This document shows positions 27,271 through 37,806 of a stretch of 64,000 nt of DNA, one piece after another. The translations under genes were made by a program, and so were the position numbers. The first letter of the stretch is position 1. Each line of letters begins with the position of its first letter. This DNA is from Alphaproteobacteria bacterium. Lineage in GTDB: Bacteria; Pseudomonadota; Alphaproteobacteria; Rs-D84. Under the pieces are notes generated by a model. That model saw only the letters and a program-made list of their open reading frames with translations, ran no database searches and was not told the DNA's origin. The stretch lies in NCBI GenBank assembly GCA_017403085.1, contig JAFQOQ010000001.1:295-64294 (forward strand), read 5' to 3'.

Positions 27271-27870
27271 ATGGAAAAAATACAAAAGACATTTAACAGT
27301 TCAAAATTTAAAAGACTAGTGTATGTAATCTTGGTCGCGATATTAATCGGCTGGGTTGTATTTCGTTTTGCGGCAATTGGTTCTGAAAATGCGCGCTATG
27401 TATTTAACGCGTCACGTGTTGCCGCCGATGCTGGCGCACCAATTGAATACATTGAAATGCGTCAATCCAGTCACGTTTTATACGAACCTGTCAGCGTAAA
27501 AAATAACCGCGCATATGTATCTGGTGCATTGGCAAAAAAATTGCGCGCCGGCCAGGTAATTGGGGACGGTGTAATCTCGTCTGTGTCTTCTAAAATTGAT
27601 TTGGATACAGGCATGTATGTTGTGCGCACACGCGGTGTATCTGACGGGTTGCAACATGCGCAATTTCATGTTTATGGCATGATGGTGCCATTGCACGCAA
27701 TATCAAATGGTACGGTATTGGTTGCCGACAATGGTGTTGCCACCACACGTGATGTTATAATTGCTAATCAAGATTCTGAAAACGCATACATAGCATCTGG
27801 GCTTAATGCTGGTGATATTGTAATCTTGTCGCGTGTTAATGCCGGCACAAAAGTTAATATTCAAAAATAG
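27271..27870 (+). CDS. short periplasmic adaptor-like (membrane fusion protein) subunit
   Basis: About 199 aa. N-terminal TM segment plus beta-barrel/membrane-proximal-like C-half (GQVIGDGVISSV, VPLHAISNGTVLV, GLNAGDIVILS). Sits between the TolC and RND genes. Confidence 0.55.
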   Translation: MEKIQKTFNSSKFKRLVYVILVAILIGWVVFRFAAIGSENARYVFNASRVAADAGAPIEYIEMRQSSHVLYEPVSVKNNRAYVSGALAKKLRAGQVIGDGVISSVSSKIDLDTGMYVVRTRGVSDGLQHAQFHVYGMMVPLHAISNGTVLVADNGVATTRDVIIANQDSENAYIASGLNAGDIVILSRVNAGTKVNIQK

Positions 27871-27891
27871 TTTTTATACAGGGGGAATATT

Positions 27892-30800
27892 ATGCTGAAA
27901 TTTTTTGTTCGTCGTCCAATTACCACATTAATGTTTGTTTTATTATGGGTTGTATTGGGTTTTGTATCTTTTCCAAATATGAATATCGAACGCACGCCTG
28001 CGCTTGATTTTCCGATGGTGACTGCGACATTTATTTACCCGGGCGCATCACCCGAAGAAATCGAATCCCAGGTTATCAAACGTGCCGAAGATGCAATATC
28101 AGAAGTATCAGAATTAAAAAATATCATATCTTATGCGTACGAAAACAGTGGTTTTGTTATGGCCGAATTTAATTTGGGCGTAAATGTTAATGATAAATCG
28201 ACCGAAGTTAAGACAAAACTGGATGCGCTGATTTCAGAATTCCCATCAGACATGGAACAGCCAATTGTTGAAAAATTAAATCCATTACAAGAATCGGTGG
28301 TCGATATCGTTATTCGTGGCGCAGATGCACGCGACGTTGAAGAATATGTTGATGACGTGCTTTCGACAAAGATTACTGCTATTCCTGGTGTGGCCAGTGT
28401 ATCTGTTTTTGGTGGTCTGCAACGTGCAATTCGTATCGCGATGAATCCAGACCAAATGGCGGCCAATGGTGTAACTGTTATGGATGTTGTGTCCGCATTG
28501 GGTGGTCGTAATCTAAATGTCCCCAGTGGAAAAATTGAAACCAGTCTTGATTCGTCTAACGTACGTTTTATTGGCGAATTCGCATCTGTCGAAGAAATTG
28601 CGAACTTGCATCTAACAACGGTCGAAGGTAATAATTTTACATTATCTGATGTAGCGTCAATTACCGACGCGGCGCGCGATATTGAAAATGGTGCGCGTTA
28701 TAACGGCGAATCTGTTGTTGTTGTATCTGTTGTAAAATCATCAGATGGTAATGCAATAAACATTTCAAATGCATTGCGCGAACGTATGCCGGCATTTCAG
28801 ACTGATTTGGCGGCCCGCTTTCCCGGGGCAGAAATGTTAATCGCATCTGATTCTTCGATTGCGGTTGCCGACGAAACAGACAGTACGATTAACGGTATTA
28901 TTCTGGGTATCCTATTGACGATTTTAGTTTTGTTGGCATCTACACGCAACTGGCGTTCAACCGTTATTGCAGGTGTTGTTATTCCTGCGTCTTTGATTGC
29001 CGGGTTCTTCTTTATGGATAACAGCAACTTTACCATCAATGCATTAACCCTGTTGGCGTATTCTTCGGCATTGGGTACATTGGTATCAAATGCGATTATT
29101 TTGATAGAAGCGGCCCTGCAACAAATGCGTGCCGGCGCATCACCCGAAGACGCCGCAATCAATGGCACCAAGAGTGTTGCTGTATCTGTATTGGCGGGCG
29201 TTGGTACAAACGTCGTTGTGTTCTTGCCATTGGCGTTTATGGGCGGCATCGTTGGCCAATTTATGGTACAGTTTGGTATGACAGTTGTGTATTTAACATT
29301 GCTGTCATTAATGTTCTCATTCACACTGACACCAATGATGATTGCAAAATTCTTGCGTTTATCTAATGGCAAAAAATCCAAAAAGGAAAAACCTGCAAAG
29401 AAAGACGTGCAACAATCATCGTCTGGTTGGTTGCGTCGTTGGTTTGATTATCAGCATTCTCATCCGTGGCGTGTTATTGGATTGGCGTTGTTAATCTTTA
29501 TTGGGTCTGTAATGTTAATGCGTTTTGTTGGCAGTGAATTTTCACCATCGACCGACGCGAACGAAATTACAATTACGGCCCGTGCGCCAATGGGTGCAAC
29601 ATTTGAAAAATCAGAATCTATTGCGACGCAGATTGAAAACAAATTGCGTGAATTTGACGAAGTCAGTGCAGTCACTGTCAAAATTGGCGACCAAGGATTA
29701 CAGAACATCGACATCACGGTTGAATTGGTTGATGTGTCTGAACGCAATATTTCAGACAAAATGTTGGCGCAAAAAATATTGCCACGCCTGTCTGAAATTC
29801 CAGATGCAGAAATACAAATCCGTGCTGGCGAAGCGCACTCTGCAGGGGTATCAGCCGACTTGGTCTTAAATGTGTTTGGGCCCGACGATGCGCGCCGCGA
29901 AGCCTATGCTGCGCAGATTATTGACATGGTAAATCAAATCCCCGAAGTGCAATCTGCGGTACGTGCCCAGCAAACGCCTGCGATGGAAATTCAGTTTATT
30001 CCAAACGAAGAACAAATGAATTTCTGGGGTGTTCAAAATGCCTATGCAGGAACAACGTTGCGTACTGCGTTGTACGGTAATGACGATTACAAATACAAAG
30101 AAAACGGCGAAGAATATCCAATAATTTTAGAATTTGCGAAACCATTTAAAAATGCGACGTTATTTGACAATGTGTATGTAAATTCTCAAAAAGGCATGGT
30201 GCCATTATCGTCGCTGGGTACGATTAAGAACGCGCCTGCAACGCCAGAAATTCGTCGCGAAGATAAAAATCGCCTGACGGAAATTGATATTAATATTGGT
30301 AAATCAACAATGGGCCCAGTTCAAAGCAAGATTCAATCTGAATTAGATGCTATGGATTGGGATGCGGGATATTACGCAGAATTTGGCGGTATGTCCGAAA
30401 TCCAGGGTGAAACAACTGGTGAAATTGGCCAGGCGTTCTTGTTGGCGACAATATTAACGTTTATGTTGTTGGCGGCGATATTAAATTCCCTGGCGCATCC
30501 ATTTACAATTGCGACATCAATCGTCACCAGTTTTGCCGGTGTATTTATCCTGATGTTTTTATCGGGCGCGACAATGAACGTTGGTGCGATGTTGGCATTT
30601 GTTATGTTGGTTGGTTTGGTTGTTAATAATAATATTTTGGTACTTGAACCAACGATAAATCGAATTGCGCATGGTGAAAACGCATACGATGCATTATGGT
30701 CAGAATTAATCGACCGCAAGAACATGGTGTTAATGACATCTATCGCAGTTATCGCAGGTATGGTTCCACAACTGTGGTCAATTGACGGTATGAAGGTTGC

Positions 30801-30921
30801 GATGGGTGCAGTTATGATTGGCGGTATGTTGGCCAGTCTTATCTGGACATTTACATTGACGCCTGCCTTGTTCTTTTTAATTGAACGCGGTCGCCAATAT
30901 TTTAGTCGTCGCCGCAAATAA
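27892..30921 (+). CDS. RND-family efflux transporter (AcrB-like)
   Basis: 1009 aa with 12-TM architecture, two large periplasmic loops and the typical N-terminus FFVRRPITTLMFVLL. Confidence 0.93.
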   Translation: MLKFFVRRPITTLMFVLLWVVLGFVSFPNMNIERTPALDFPMVTATFIYPGASPEEIESQVIKRAEDAISEVSELKNIISYAYENSGFVMAEFNLGVNVNDKSTEVKTKLDALISEFPSDMEQPIVEKLNPLQESVVDIVIRGADARDVEEYVDDVLSTKITAIPGVASVSVFGGLQRAIRIAMNPDQMAANGVTVMDVVSALGGRNLNVPSGKIETSLDSSNVRFIGEFASVEEIANLHLTTVEGNNFTLSDVASITDAARDIENGARYNGESVVVVSVVKSSDGNAINISNALRERMPAFQTDLAARFPGAEMLIASDSSIAVADETDSTINGIILGILLTILVLLASTRNWRSTVIAGVVIPASLIAGFFFMDNSNFTINALTLLAYSSALGTLVSNAIILIEAALQQMRAGASPEDAAINGTKSVAVSVLAGVGTNVVVFLPLAFMGGIVGQFMVQFGMTVVYLTLLSLMFSFTLTPMMIAKFLRLSNGKKSKKEKPAKKDVQQSSSGWLRRWFDYQHSHPWRVIGLALLIFIGSVMLMRFVGSEFSPSTDANEITITARAPMGATFEKSESIATQIENKLREFDEVSAVTVKIGDQGLQNIDITVELVDVSERNISDKMLAQKILPRLSEIPDAEIQIRAGEAHSAGVSADLVLNVFGPDDARREAYAAQIIDMVNQIPEVQSAVRAQQTPAMEIQFIPNEEQMNFWGVQNAYAGTTLRTALYGNDDYKYKENGEEYPIILEFAKPFKNATLFDNVYVNSQKGMVPLSSLGTIKNAPATPEIRREDKNRLTEIDINIGKSTMGPVQSKIQSELDAMDWDAGYYAEFGGMSEIQGETTGEIGQAFLLATILTFMLLAAILNSLAHPFTIATSIVTSFAGVFILMFLSGATMNVGAMLAFVMLVGLVVNNNILVLEPTINRIAHGENAYDALWSELIDRKNMVLMTSIAVIAGMVPQLWSIDGMKVAMGAVMIGGMLASLIWTFTLTPALFFLIERGRQYFSRRRK

Positions 30922-30922
30922 G

Positions 30923-30946
30923 AATCGCCCGCATGGGCGATTTTTA
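30923..30946 (+). terminator. intrinsic terminator downstream of the RND gene
   Basis: AATCGCCC-gcat-GGGCGATT followed by TTTTATTT. Confidence 0.75.
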
Positions 30947-30988
30947 TTTATTGACCCGAATATCTTTTTTTTATTAACATTTATCATA

Positions 30989-32185
30989 ATGAGAAGAATG
31001 TTCCTGGCCATATTACTGATGTTCATCTGCGTCACCGCCCATGGTGCGCAGTATCGTGCGGCATTGGTTGCCGATATGGATACGGGGCGTGTGCTATACC
31101 AAGAAAACGCAAACGAATTAAATTATCCTGCCAGTTTGACCAAGATTATGACACTATACTTAACGTTTGACGCGTTGGAACACGGTCGTCTGCACTTGGA
31201 TGACTATTTAATCGTATCTCAATCTGCTGCCAATGCAGAACCGGTAAAACTTGGGTTGGCGGCCGGTTCAAAAATCCGTGTCGAAGATGCGATAAAGGCT
31301 GTTGCGGTATATAGTGCAAATGACGTTGCGCGTGTTTTGGCAGAAAATTTAAAAGGCGGCCAAGAAGAATCTTTTGCAGAATTAATGACACGTGTTGCCC
31401 GCGAAATCGGGCTGACCAAGACGAATTTTGAAAATTCATCTGGTCTGCCAAATGATGACCATCTATCGACTGCGCGTGATATTGCGTTGTTGTCCATGGC
31501 AGTATATAAACATTTCCCACAATATTGGCACTTTTTTGGAATTAAGTCATGGACGTATAACGGTAAAACGTATTCTAATGGTAACCGCTTGCTGACCGCA
31601 TATCAGGGTTGTGATGGTATGAAGACGGGCTATACTAAAAAATCAAAATATTCACTGGTTGCCACTGCACATCGTGGGGCAGGGCATTTAATGGCGGTTG
31701 TATTGGGTGCAGAAAACAAAGACGTGCGCGCCAATATCGCTGTTCAAATGTTGAACAAGGGTTTTGGTATGTTAAATTCTGGTGCATCGCCCATTATGGT
31801 ATCTACACCAACCAAGCCAATTGCGCAACCCACGCCTGCGCCGCATCCCGTGCCGTCACCACAGCCCCAGTATCAGAATGCGCAACCTACTACATTTGCA
31901 TCGGCGTATAACGCGGCAACATCTGCTGCTGCCCCAAAGTATAGTGCGCCTGCCGCGCCATCATCTGCGGGTGGCACCGGGGTTCAGTTTGGCGCCTTTT
32001 CATCAGATGCCGCCGCCCAGGCCCAGGTCACAAATGTTAAGAATAAACTGGGGGTAAATGCAATTGTTGAACCAACTGGCAATGGACTGTATCGCGTTCG
32101 CGCATATGGCCTGACAGAAAGCGCGGCCCAGCAAATTAAGTCATCTGCATCTGCAAACGGTATTGACAGTTATGTTTTTCATTAG
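30989..32185 (+). CDS. D-alanyl-D-alanine carboxypeptidase (PBP5/6-like, S11) with C-terminal SPOR domain
   Basis: SLTK, SAN and KTG motifs, a Pro/Ala-rich linker, then a SPOR-like tail (GVQFGAFSSDAAAQ...LYRVRAYGL). The ATG at 30989 follows the terminator. Confidence 0.88.
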   Translation: MRRMFLAILLMFICVTAHGAQYRAALVADMDTGRVLYQENANELNYPASLTKIMTLYLTFDALEHGRLHLDDYLIVSQSAANAEPVKLGLAAGSKIRVEDAIKAVAVYSANDVARVLAENLKGGQEESFAELMTRVAREIGLTKTNFENSSGLPNDDHLSTARDIALLSMAVYKHFPQYWHFFGIKSWTYNGKTYSNGNRLLTAYQGCDGMKTGYTKKSKYSLVATAHRGAGHLMAVVLGAENKDVRANIAVQMLNKGFGMLNSGASPIMVSTPTKPIAQPTPAPHPVPSPQPQYQNAQPTTFASAYNAATSAAAPKYSAPAAPSSAGGTGVQFGAFSSDAAAQAQVTNVKNKLGVNAIVEPTGNGLYRVRAYGLTESAAQQIKSSASANGIDSYVFH

Positions 32186-32201
32186 TATTTTATAACACAT
32201 C

Positions 32202-32801
32202 ATGAATCCTAAAATTGAGAAATTGATAAAGTTATTTGCAAAATTGCCCCGCGTTGGTAATCGCGGTGGCCAGCGTATTGCACTGTGTTTATTACAAGAT
32301 AAAACAGGTCGTGGCGCAGCACTGGCGTCGGCAATCACGGACGCGATTGAAAACATCGCGCCATGTCCCACATGTGGCGTTTTAACATCACGTGATACGG
32401 GTGGATGTGAATTTTGTCGCGACGCATCACGCGCCAATGGCCAGTTATGTATTGTACGCGACCTATCAGATGTATGGGTCTTGGAAAAATCATCTGTTTT
32501 TCATGGTCGTTATCATATTATCGGTGGGCTGTTATCTGGGGCGTCTGGCGTATTGCCCCAAGATTTAAATATATCGACATTGTCGTCACGTATTGAAAAC
32601 GAATCTGTGACCGAGGTTATATTTGCCTTGCCTAACACCGTCGAAGGCAAAACGACCCAGCATTATATCATGTCTGCGTTGGGCGATATACCCGGTGTGC
32701 AATTTACAGAATTAGCGTCTGGGGTGCCGTTGGGTGGTGATTTAGACTATCTGGACGACGGCACATTAACACTGGCATTTGGGGGGCGTAAATCATTATG
32801 A
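32202..32801 (+). CDS. recR: recombination protein RecR
   Basis: 199 aa with the C4 zinc finger CPTCG...CEFC and a Toprim domain. Confidence 0.95.
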   Translation: MNPKIEKLIKLFAKLPRVGNRGGQRIALCLLQDKTGRGAALASAITDAIENIAPCPTCGVLTSRDTGGCEFCRDASRANGQLCIVRDLSDVWVLEKSSVFHGRYHIIGGLLSGASGVLPQDLNISTLSSRIENESVTEVIFALPNTVEGKTTQHYIMSALGDIPGVQFTELASGVPLGGDLDYLDDGTLTLAFGGRKSL

Positions 32802-33622
32802 CAGATAAAGTTGCAAATTTACCACCTGTATCAGAAATGATGCGCGCCTGTGGCCTAGAGCCTAAAAAACAACTGGGGCAAAACTTTTTATTTGATTTAA
32901 ATTTAACTGGGCGCATTGCACGCAGTGTTCCAAATATTTCAACCACCCCCGTGGTCGAAGTTGGACCTGGTCCCGCGGGCCTAACACGTGCAATATTGAT
33001 GGCGGGCGCGCCGCGTGTTATCGCCATTGAAAAAGACAGGGCTGCAATGCCGCTGTTATCAGAATTAGTTTCTGCCGCCGATGGTAAATTAGAAATTATT
33101 TGTGATGATGCATTACGCATAGATTTTTCTGCACTTGGTCTAAATGAGTACGCAATATGTGCAAACTTGCCATACAATGTTGGCACTGAATTGTTAATTG
33201 GCTGGCTGCAAAAAATCGCAAATGGCGAAAAAATTAAATCATTAACATTGATGTTCCAGCGCGAGGTTGCTCAACGTATCACCGCGCGCCCTGGCGACAC
33301 ACATTATGGTCGTTTGGCGGTTTTGACCTCTTTAATTGCAGATGCGCGCATTTTATTTGACGTCCCGAATACGGCGTTTGTCCCGCGCCCACGGGTACAA
33401 AGTGCAGTTGTACAAATAATTCCAAACCCAGAAAAAATTTCCAAGATAACAGATTTAAATAAAATCGAACAAATTACTGCGAAATTATTCGGCCAACGCC
33501 GCAAGATGATACGCGGAATAATACCGGGCGTTGATTGGGCGCGGTTCGGCCTATCTGGGACCGAGCGTGCGGAAAACTTACCACCAGAAATGTTTGCAAC
33601 ACTTGCTGAAAATCTGTTATAA
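32798..33622 (+). CDS. rsmA: 16S rRNA (adenine1518/1519-N6)-dimethyltransferase
   Basis: LGQNFL and VVEVGPGPAGLT motifs. Overlaps recR by 4 nt. Confidence 0.93.
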   Translation: MTDKVANLPPVSEMMRACGLEPKKQLGQNFLFDLNLTGRIARSVPNISTTPVVEVGPGPAGLTRAILMAGAPRVIAIEKDRAAMPLLSELVSAADGKLEIICDDALRIDFSALGLNEYAICANLPYNVGTELLIGWLQKIANGEKIKSLTLMFQREVAQRITARPGDTHYGRLAVLTSLIADARILFDVPNTAFVPRPRVQSAVVQIIPNPEKISKITDLNKIEQITAKLFGQRRKMIRGIIPGVDWARFGLSGTERAENLPPEMFATLAENLL

Positions 33623-33649
33623 TTTAAATGCGTATCGCCGGGGGGGGAG

Positions 33650-35359
33650 ATGTCTTTATCACTATTGATATTTTTTGCGATTTTGTTTGCTTTGGTGTAT
33701 TTGTTGCGCATGGCCAAGGTTGGTGCATTGGTTGCTTTTCTGTTTGCCGGCATATTATCTGGACCATATTTGTTAAATTTATTTGAATTAACCGATGCCT
33801 GGACATTCTTGGGCGAATTAGGCATTATGTTTTTATGGTTTAATATCGGACTAGAAATAAATATGCGTCGTCTATGGCGCATGCGTCGCACGATATTCGG
33901 ATTTGGTGCCGCCCAGGTTATGATGGTTGCGGTTATGTTATTCCCGCTATTATTTGGCATCACACAATGGACGATTATGGGTTGCGTAATGGTCTCGCTA
34001 TTATTGGCGATGTCCAGTACATCTGCGGATATGCAATTATTGATAGACCGCAATCAGCTAAATACAGACATGGGGCGCCAGACCTTTTCAATTTTATTAT
34101 TCCAAGATTTATTGTCGATTCCATTATTGGCAATGTTACCGGCCTTGGCGGGAAAAACGTTCAGTCTGGGCGCAACCGCGATAGACGTTGTTGTTATTTC
34201 GATTGCATTGATTGTATCCGTAATTGTTATTGGTCGTTTTATTATGACGCCGCTATTGCGTCATGTTGCAAAATTAAAATCCAAAGAGGTATTTTTACTG
34301 GCCATTATGTTGAATATTGTCATCTGGGCAATATTGTTGGACCTGATGGGTCTGCCATCGGGCCTAGGTGCATTTTTAGCCGGTATGTTAATGTCAGAAA
34401 CATTATATCGTCATCAAATCACAGCCGAGGTTTCGCCCTATGCAACCTTGTTCCTGGCATTTTTCTTTATTGCGCTGGGCATGGGGTTAAATTTGCCATT
34501 GCTGCTAAGTAAATGGTATATTGTATTGGGTGGTCTGATTGGTCTGGTTGTTATTAAATTTTGTGCCATATACATGGTTGCGCGTGTTCGTGGTGTATCC
34601 ATGCCGAACGCAACAATGATTGCCCTGATTTTGGCCCAGGGCGGTGAATTTGGTCTGTTAATGTTGCAGACTATGAAGGCCAGTAATATTACCGCAATCC
34701 CTGGTGATCACGCAGAAATTTTAACTGCGATAATAATTCTGTCGATTGTTGTTACACCATTGTTGTTATGCGGATATGATTATTTACAACGCCAAGGCAA
34801 ATTATTCCCTGGTCGTCATCCGCGCAAATTGCATGACCCAGACGATATGATAACGCCAGATGTTATCGTATGTGGATTTGGTCGCGTTGGTCAGACCGTG
34901 TGTCAAATGTTGGATGCCCAGGGCATATCGCATCTGGCAATTGATTTAGACGTATCTGCGGTTATGATGGGGCGGGAACAGGGCTTTAATGTCGTGTATG
35001 GCAATACCACCAATGCCGATGTTCTGCGTGATTTTAAATTATCATCGCGCAAAACGCGCGCCGTGGTTGTTGCGTTGGACAATGCGACGACTGCGCGTCA
35101 AACAATTTTAACAATAAAATCAATTGCCCCCCGTGCCAAGATTTTTGCCCGTGCGCGCAACCTGGCAGATTCGCAAATTTTAATGCAAGAAGGCATTGTT
35201 GCCGCCATGCCAGAAACGGTTGAGTCATCATTTTTCTTGGGCTATGGCGTACTAAGTCATCTTGGTGTATCAAGCAAGACCATTGATAGCATGCTGCAAG
35301 ACATGCGTGCAAATAATTATGCCGCACTTGGCACACCCGTATCTGACAAGCGCGATTAA
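33650..35359 (+). CDS. CPA2-family K+/H+ antiporter with TrkA-N domain (KefB/KefC-like)
   Basis: 569 aa. Polytopic N-domain plus a Rossmann motif VCGFGRVGQ. Confidence 0.88.
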   Translation: MSLSLLIFFAILFALVYLLRMAKVGALVAFLFAGILSGPYLLNLFELTDAWTFLGELGIMFLWFNIGLEINMRRLWRMRRTIFGFGAAQVMMVAVMLFPLLFGITQWTIMGCVMVSLLLAMSSTSADMQLLIDRNQLNTDMGRQTFSILLFQDLLSIPLLAMLPALAGKTFSLGATAIDVVVISIALIVSVIVIGRFIMTPLLRHVAKLKSKEVFLLAIMLNIVIWAILLDLMGLPSGLGAFLAGMLMSETLYRHQITAEVSPYATLFLAFFFIALGMGLNLPLLLSKWYIVLGGLIGLVVIKFCAIYMVARVRGVSMPNATMIALILAQGGEFGLLMLQTMKASNITAIPGDHAEILTAIIILSIVVTPLLLCGYDYLQRQGKLFPGRHPRKLHDPDDMITPDVIVCGFGRVGQTVCQMLDAQGISHLAIDLDVSAVMMGREQGFNVVYGNTTNADVLRDFKLSSRKTRAVVVALDNATTARQTILTIKSIAPRAKIFARARNLADSQILMQEGIVAAMPETVESSFFLGYGVLSHLGVSSKTIDSMLQDMRANNYAALGTPVSDKRD

Positions 35360-35456
35360 GAATAAATTCATATAAAAAGTCCCCGCACATGGGGACATTT
35401 TATTTGCTTTTATCACATCATATTGATATATTTTATCCAAGCAAAGGAAGCCACTT

Positions 35457-35993
35457 ATGAAAAAAGTTTTATATGCATTGTCTGTAATATTTGCTGCGAT
35501 TATCCTGGACCAGTTGTCTAAGGGATTTTTATTATACTTAATTACGGGCGGTGTTCCATTATATGGCGCTGCGTGGGAAATTGTTCCTGTGCCGTATTTG
35601 ATGACGGGCGTGACAGACTTTTTCAACATTGTTTTCACGTGGAATCCTGGGGCGTCATTTTCGCTGTTTCGTGCATTGGGCGAATCCGCACCAATGATAA
35701 TCATTGTTGCCACTGGGTTTATAATTGGTTTTATTTTACATCATTTATTTACACGCGCCACTTCTTACGAGCGTTTTCCCCTGGCGTTAATCGCGGGTGG
35801 TGCATTGGGTAATTTAATTGATCGTATTCGCTTTGGCGCAGTGATTGATTTTCTTGATTTTCACATTGGTGGGTATCATTGGCCTGCATTTAACATTGCA
35901 GACGTATGTATTGTTGTTGGCGTTGGCTTATACATTTTAAATTGGTATTTGGCGCGTCAAAAATGTCTTAAGCAAACAAAGGGTGGTAAATAA
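35457..35993 (+). CDS. lspA: lipoprotein signal peptidase II
   Basis: 178 aa with four TM segments and the NPGASF and FNIADVCI motifs. Confidence 0.9.
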   Translation: MKKVLYALSVIFAAIILDQLSKGFLLYLITGGVPLYGAAWEIVPVPYLMTGVTDFFNIVFTWNPGASFSLFRALGESAPMIIIVATGFIIGFILHHLFTRATSYERFPLALIAGGALGNLIDRIRFGAVIDFLDFHIGGYHWPAFNIADVCIVVGVGLYILNWYLARQKCLKQTKGGK

Positions 35994-35995
35994 TT

Positions 35996-37561
35996 ATGGT
36001 TCAGTATCTTGATAAAAATTCTGGTTTTAATCAGTGGAATGCCAATCGTTCGGCATCTGCGCCAAAATCACGTTTATCTAGTTTTTTGTGGTGGCTGGTT
36101 TTATTTATGGCTGCATGGTGGTTTATGGGGATTTTAACACGTCCTGCAACACAAAATACAAATACAGATGCCGCAACCGCACCCGTTGTTGATTTGTCAT
36201 CTGTACCCCAAACGAATATCACGTCTGACGACATCAGTGCAACCATCCAAGGTTTGCGCATATCAGACATTAAATTATCGAATTACGCGATAAATCCAAA
36301 TGACCCGACGCCTGTATCATTATTGGGTGATGGGGACAGTTTTGCAGAAATTGGCCTGTTGTCATCTGGGACTGCGGCACCAACTGCAACCACAGTCTGG
36401 CGCAATAACAATGGCACATACACATGGCGCAATCCTGACGGAATTGAATTTACACGCACAATCACGATTGATGGGTATGTTATTACCATATCAGACGCGA
36501 TAAAGAACACAATGTCGCGCGATGTGTCATTTGCGCCATACGCGCGTATCGTTCGCACCGGCGCAGAAAAATCAAACGCAGGTGTATCCAATGGCGCGAT
36601 TTCATATGTAAATTCTGATATAGAGGTCGAAGATTGGCGCACCTTGGACAAGAAGTCTTATGCCTATTCGACAACAACTGGTTTTACCGGATTTGTTGAA
36701 CAGTATTGGGAAACTGTTGTTTCAATTGACAGTCCCGACCAAACCATCCGCGTAAAAAAAACTGGTGATATTTATTCCACAGATGTTGCCAGCAGTGCTG
36801 TATCGATACCTGCGGGCGAAACCAAGACATTGGTCACAAATTTATTTGCCGGCCCACGTGATCAACGCATTTTAGATTCTGCAGAAACAAAAATCACAGG
36901 CCTTGGGGACAGTGTTGATTATGGTTGGTTCTGGTTCTTGGCGCGTCCAATGTTATGGGTATTAAATGGTATTCATGCAATTGTCATGAATTATGGTGTT
37001 GCGATTATAATTATGACAATATTATTACGTTTATTGATGTGGCCATTGACGCGTAAATCTTATACATCTATGTTGGCCATGCAAAAAATGCAGCCTGAAT
37101 TACAACGAATTCAGAAACTATACGCAAACGATAAAATGCGTCTGCAAATGGAAATGATGAAATTATATCAGACTCACAAGACATCGCCAATGTCTGGTTG
37201 TTTGCCGATGCTGATTCAGATACCAATATTCTTTGCATTGTACAAGGCGTTGCTGGTATCTGTTCAGATGCGTAATGCTCACTTTTTATGGATATCAGAT
37301 TTGGCATCTATGGACAGTTATTTTATATTGCCGATATTAATGGGTGCGACGATGTGGTTGCAACAGTATTTACAGTCTGCATCAACGAAATCTGCATCGC
37401 AAAATGACATTGCGGCCCAGACGCAAAAGATGATGCGTTGGATGCCAATTTTATTCACGATAATGTTTGCGTGGATGCCGGCCGGCTTGGTATTATATTG
37501 GACGGTATCGAATATATTTGGCATCGCCCAGATGTATATAATTAAGCGTGCATCACGATAA
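35996..37561 (+). CDS. yidC: membrane protein insertase YidC
   Basis: 521 aa. Large periplasmic domain plus a 60-kDa IMP core (MQPELQRIQKLY, GCLPMLIQIPIFFALY). Confidence 0.93.
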   Translation: MVQYLDKNSGFNQWNANRSASAPKSRLSSFLWWLVLFMAAWWFMGILTRPATQNTNTDAATAPVVDLSSVPQTNITSDDISATIQGLRISDIKLSNYAINPNDPTPVSLLGDGDSFAEIGLLSSGTAAPTATTVWRNNNGTYTWRNPDGIEFTRTITIDGYVITISDAIKNTMSRDVSFAPYARIVRTGAEKSNAGVSNGAISYVNSDIEVEDWRTLDKKSYAYSTTTGFTGFVEQYWETVVSIDSPDQTIRVKKTGDIYSTDVASSAVSIPAGETKTLVTNLFAGPRDQRILDSAETKITGLGDSVDYGWFWFLARPMLWVLNGIHAIVMNYGVAIIIMTILLRLLMWPLTRKSYTSMLAMQKMQPELQRIQKLYANDKMRLQMEMMKLYQTHKTSPMSGCLPMLIQIPIFFALYKALLVSVQMRNAHFLWISDLASMDSYFILPILMGATMWLQQYLQSASTKSASQNDIAAQTQKMMRWMPILFTIMFAWMPAGLVLYWTVSNIFGIAQMYIIKRASR

Positions 37562-37562
37562 T

Positions 37563-37590
37563 AAATCCGCCATACGGCGGATTTTAATTT
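37563..37590 (+). terminator. intrinsic terminator downstream of yidC
   Basis: AAATCCGCC-atac-GGCGGATTT followed by TAATTT. Confidence 0.75.
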
Positions 37591-37598
37591 AATAATTA

Positions 37599-37626
37599 TT
37601 GAATATACAAAATTATATTGTATAAT
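37599..37626 (+). promoter_or_regulatory. candidate sigma70 promoter
   Basis: TTGAAT, 16-nt spacer, TATAAT, immediately after the yidC terminator. Confidence 0.5.
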
Positions 37627-37632
37627 ACACAC

Positions 37633-37806
37633 GCATTGGCGTGTTGCCGATGTGGGGCTTTAGAACCTCTCTAAACGCATCTGACTGGTTCAGATGAAAT
37701 CCAACTATTGGTTGGAGTGTGTCGAATATATTGAATAAGACACGCAATTCGTTTAGTTGTTCTAAAACTCCAACCGCTTATGATTTTTTTCGTGGGCGGT
37801 TTTTTT
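37633..37806 (+). ncRNA. candidate structured RNA or cis-regulatory leader (four-way junction plus terminator-like hairpin), class unknown
   Basis: Closing helix: 37654-37677 pairs with 37750-37771 (GGGG/CTCC, TTTAGAAC/GTTCTAAA, CTAAACG/CGTTTAG). Three internal 6-7-bp hairpins at 37678-37696, 37700-37716 and 37717-37745. Then AACCGC-N18-GCGGTT followed by T7. Confidence 0.45.

Noticed and set aside
33304-34053. 249-aa minus-strand ORF
   Set aside because: It spans the rsmA 3' end and the kefB-like 5' end on the opposite strand. Both sense genes have strong family motifs.
37633-37806. Assignment of the structured RNA to SRP/4.5S, 6S, tmRNA, RNase P or the TPP or SAM-II riboswitches
   Set aside because: None of the hallmark motifs I remember is present: the GGAA tetraloop domain IV, GAGGAAAGTCC, a T-loop plus tag ORF ending in AA, or CTGAGA/ACCTGATCTGG. 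It is left unclassified.
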